Both the position numbers and the translations under genes were made by a program. A stretch of DNA of 55,140 bases from Gammaproteobacteria bacterium (lineage in GTDB: Bacteria; Pseudomonadota; Gammaproteobacteria; SZUA-229). Position 1 is the stretch's first letter. Each line of letters begins with the position of its first letter. Below the pieces are notes generated by a model that was given only the letters and a program-made list of their open reading frames with translations, was not told the origin of the DNA and searched no databases. Positions 54,602 to 55,140 of this stretch are shown here, piece after piece. The DNA lies in NCBI GenBank assembly GCA_048550535.1, contig JBLYYN010000191.1:1-55140 (forward strand). The letters run 5' to 3'.

Positions 54602-54616
54602 GCAGAAAAATTGCCA
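54602..54616 (-). promoter_or_regulatory. Weak sigma-54-like motif upstream of the ATPase-metA pair
   Basis: The minus strand reads TGGCAA-TTTTT-CTGC with correct GG-N10-GC spacing, 72 nt upstream of the GTG. About 1-2 such matches are expected by chance in this window. Confidence 0.2.
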
Positions 54617-55140
54617 GGACAATAGCATCTGATACCCAGATAATAAGAACTTCTTCTTAAATCAGGCAATTATGAAATGTTTTCAATAACATATTAATTA
54701 ACACTGTCTGCATGGCTAGTCATATATCAAACAGGTTATATCCCTGCATCAATTGACTGGAGCATCCATCCCAAATACCAATGGCTTATTTCTTAAGACG
54801 TATTGGTCAAATATAAATTAAGTCAGGGTGGTTCTTTTCGATTGATACAGGATGATCCTGATCCTTTCCCCCATCAGCAGCTGAGACATATCGAAACAGA
54901 CGACTGCTTGTTACCCTTCGGATCATCTATCACTTCAAGTACTGTTAGAACCTCTGGTAATTAGCGGCCGGGTTCGGTGATACACTGGATTCGGCCAGGG
55001 CCAGGACAGGAACAGAAAATATGTCGCATAACTGATATGACTTTACTTACTAACGGATCCATAAAAAAGAATACATTATTTATTCAATCTATAGTAAAAT
55101 GTGTCCATGAAAATAGATGGCCGCGAACTCACCACTGACC

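Noticed and set aside
55107-55140. ATG-initiated reading frame (MKIDGRELTTD...) running off the window end
   Set aside because: Only 11 codons are visible, which is too short to support a CDS call.
1-55140. tRNA, rRNA, transposase, integrase or prophage genes marking the accessory stretch as a classical island
   Set aside because: None was recognised in either strand. The accessory character of 14.8-34.1 kb rests on gene content and repeats only. I could not compute GC or codon statistics reliably by eye.

Overview
The gene content indicates a flagellated, gammaproteobacterial-type sulfur oxidiser; I could run no search, so the taxon is inferred only. No tRNA, rRNA, CRISPR array, transposase or integrase was seen. 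The window falls into four blocks. (1) 1-14.8 kb, minus strand: a polar-flagellum and chemotaxis cluster, fliQ-fliR-flhB-flhA-flhF-flhG(fleN)-fliA-cheY-cheZ-cheA-cheB-motA-motB-parA-like. fliMNOP are absent, and fliQ has its own sigma-54-type promoter. (2) 14.8-34.1 kb: a patchwork accessory stretch. It holds a 957-aa secreted protein (plant-type LRR, Fn3, six PKD-like repeats), a possible DsrS homologue, and an AAA(MoxR-like)/VWA-metallopeptidase/Sel1 module. It also holds a gene embedded in a degenerate repeat array, three different Fe(II)/2OG dioxygenases, GNAT, YaiI, a FadL-type porin and a DsrC/TusE paralogue lacking both functional cysteines. The most unusual item is a TauD-like / tiny ORF / Cas6(RAMP)-like operon with no CRISPR context. 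(3) 34.5-47.2 kb: a complete oxidative-type dsrABEFHCMKLJOPNR operon. It is followed by a translationally coupled GAF-histidine kinase / NarL-type regulator / rhodanese trio. (4) 49.9-54.5 kb: a stand-alone S24-like domain, an FKBP PPIase, a sulfide:quinone oxidoreductase with a sigma-54-type promoter and upstream palindromes, and a P-loop ATPase-metA pair. Two kinds of non-coding structure recur. One is a family of about 110-120 bp elements whose inverted arms are built of CACAGAG iterons, each abutting a stop codon (three full copies and one solo arm). The other is a differently sequenced hairpin with the same heptamer-iteron architecture, between the AAA and VWA genes. All functional calls rest on motifs I can read in the translations plus remembered family knowledge; none is verified against a database.
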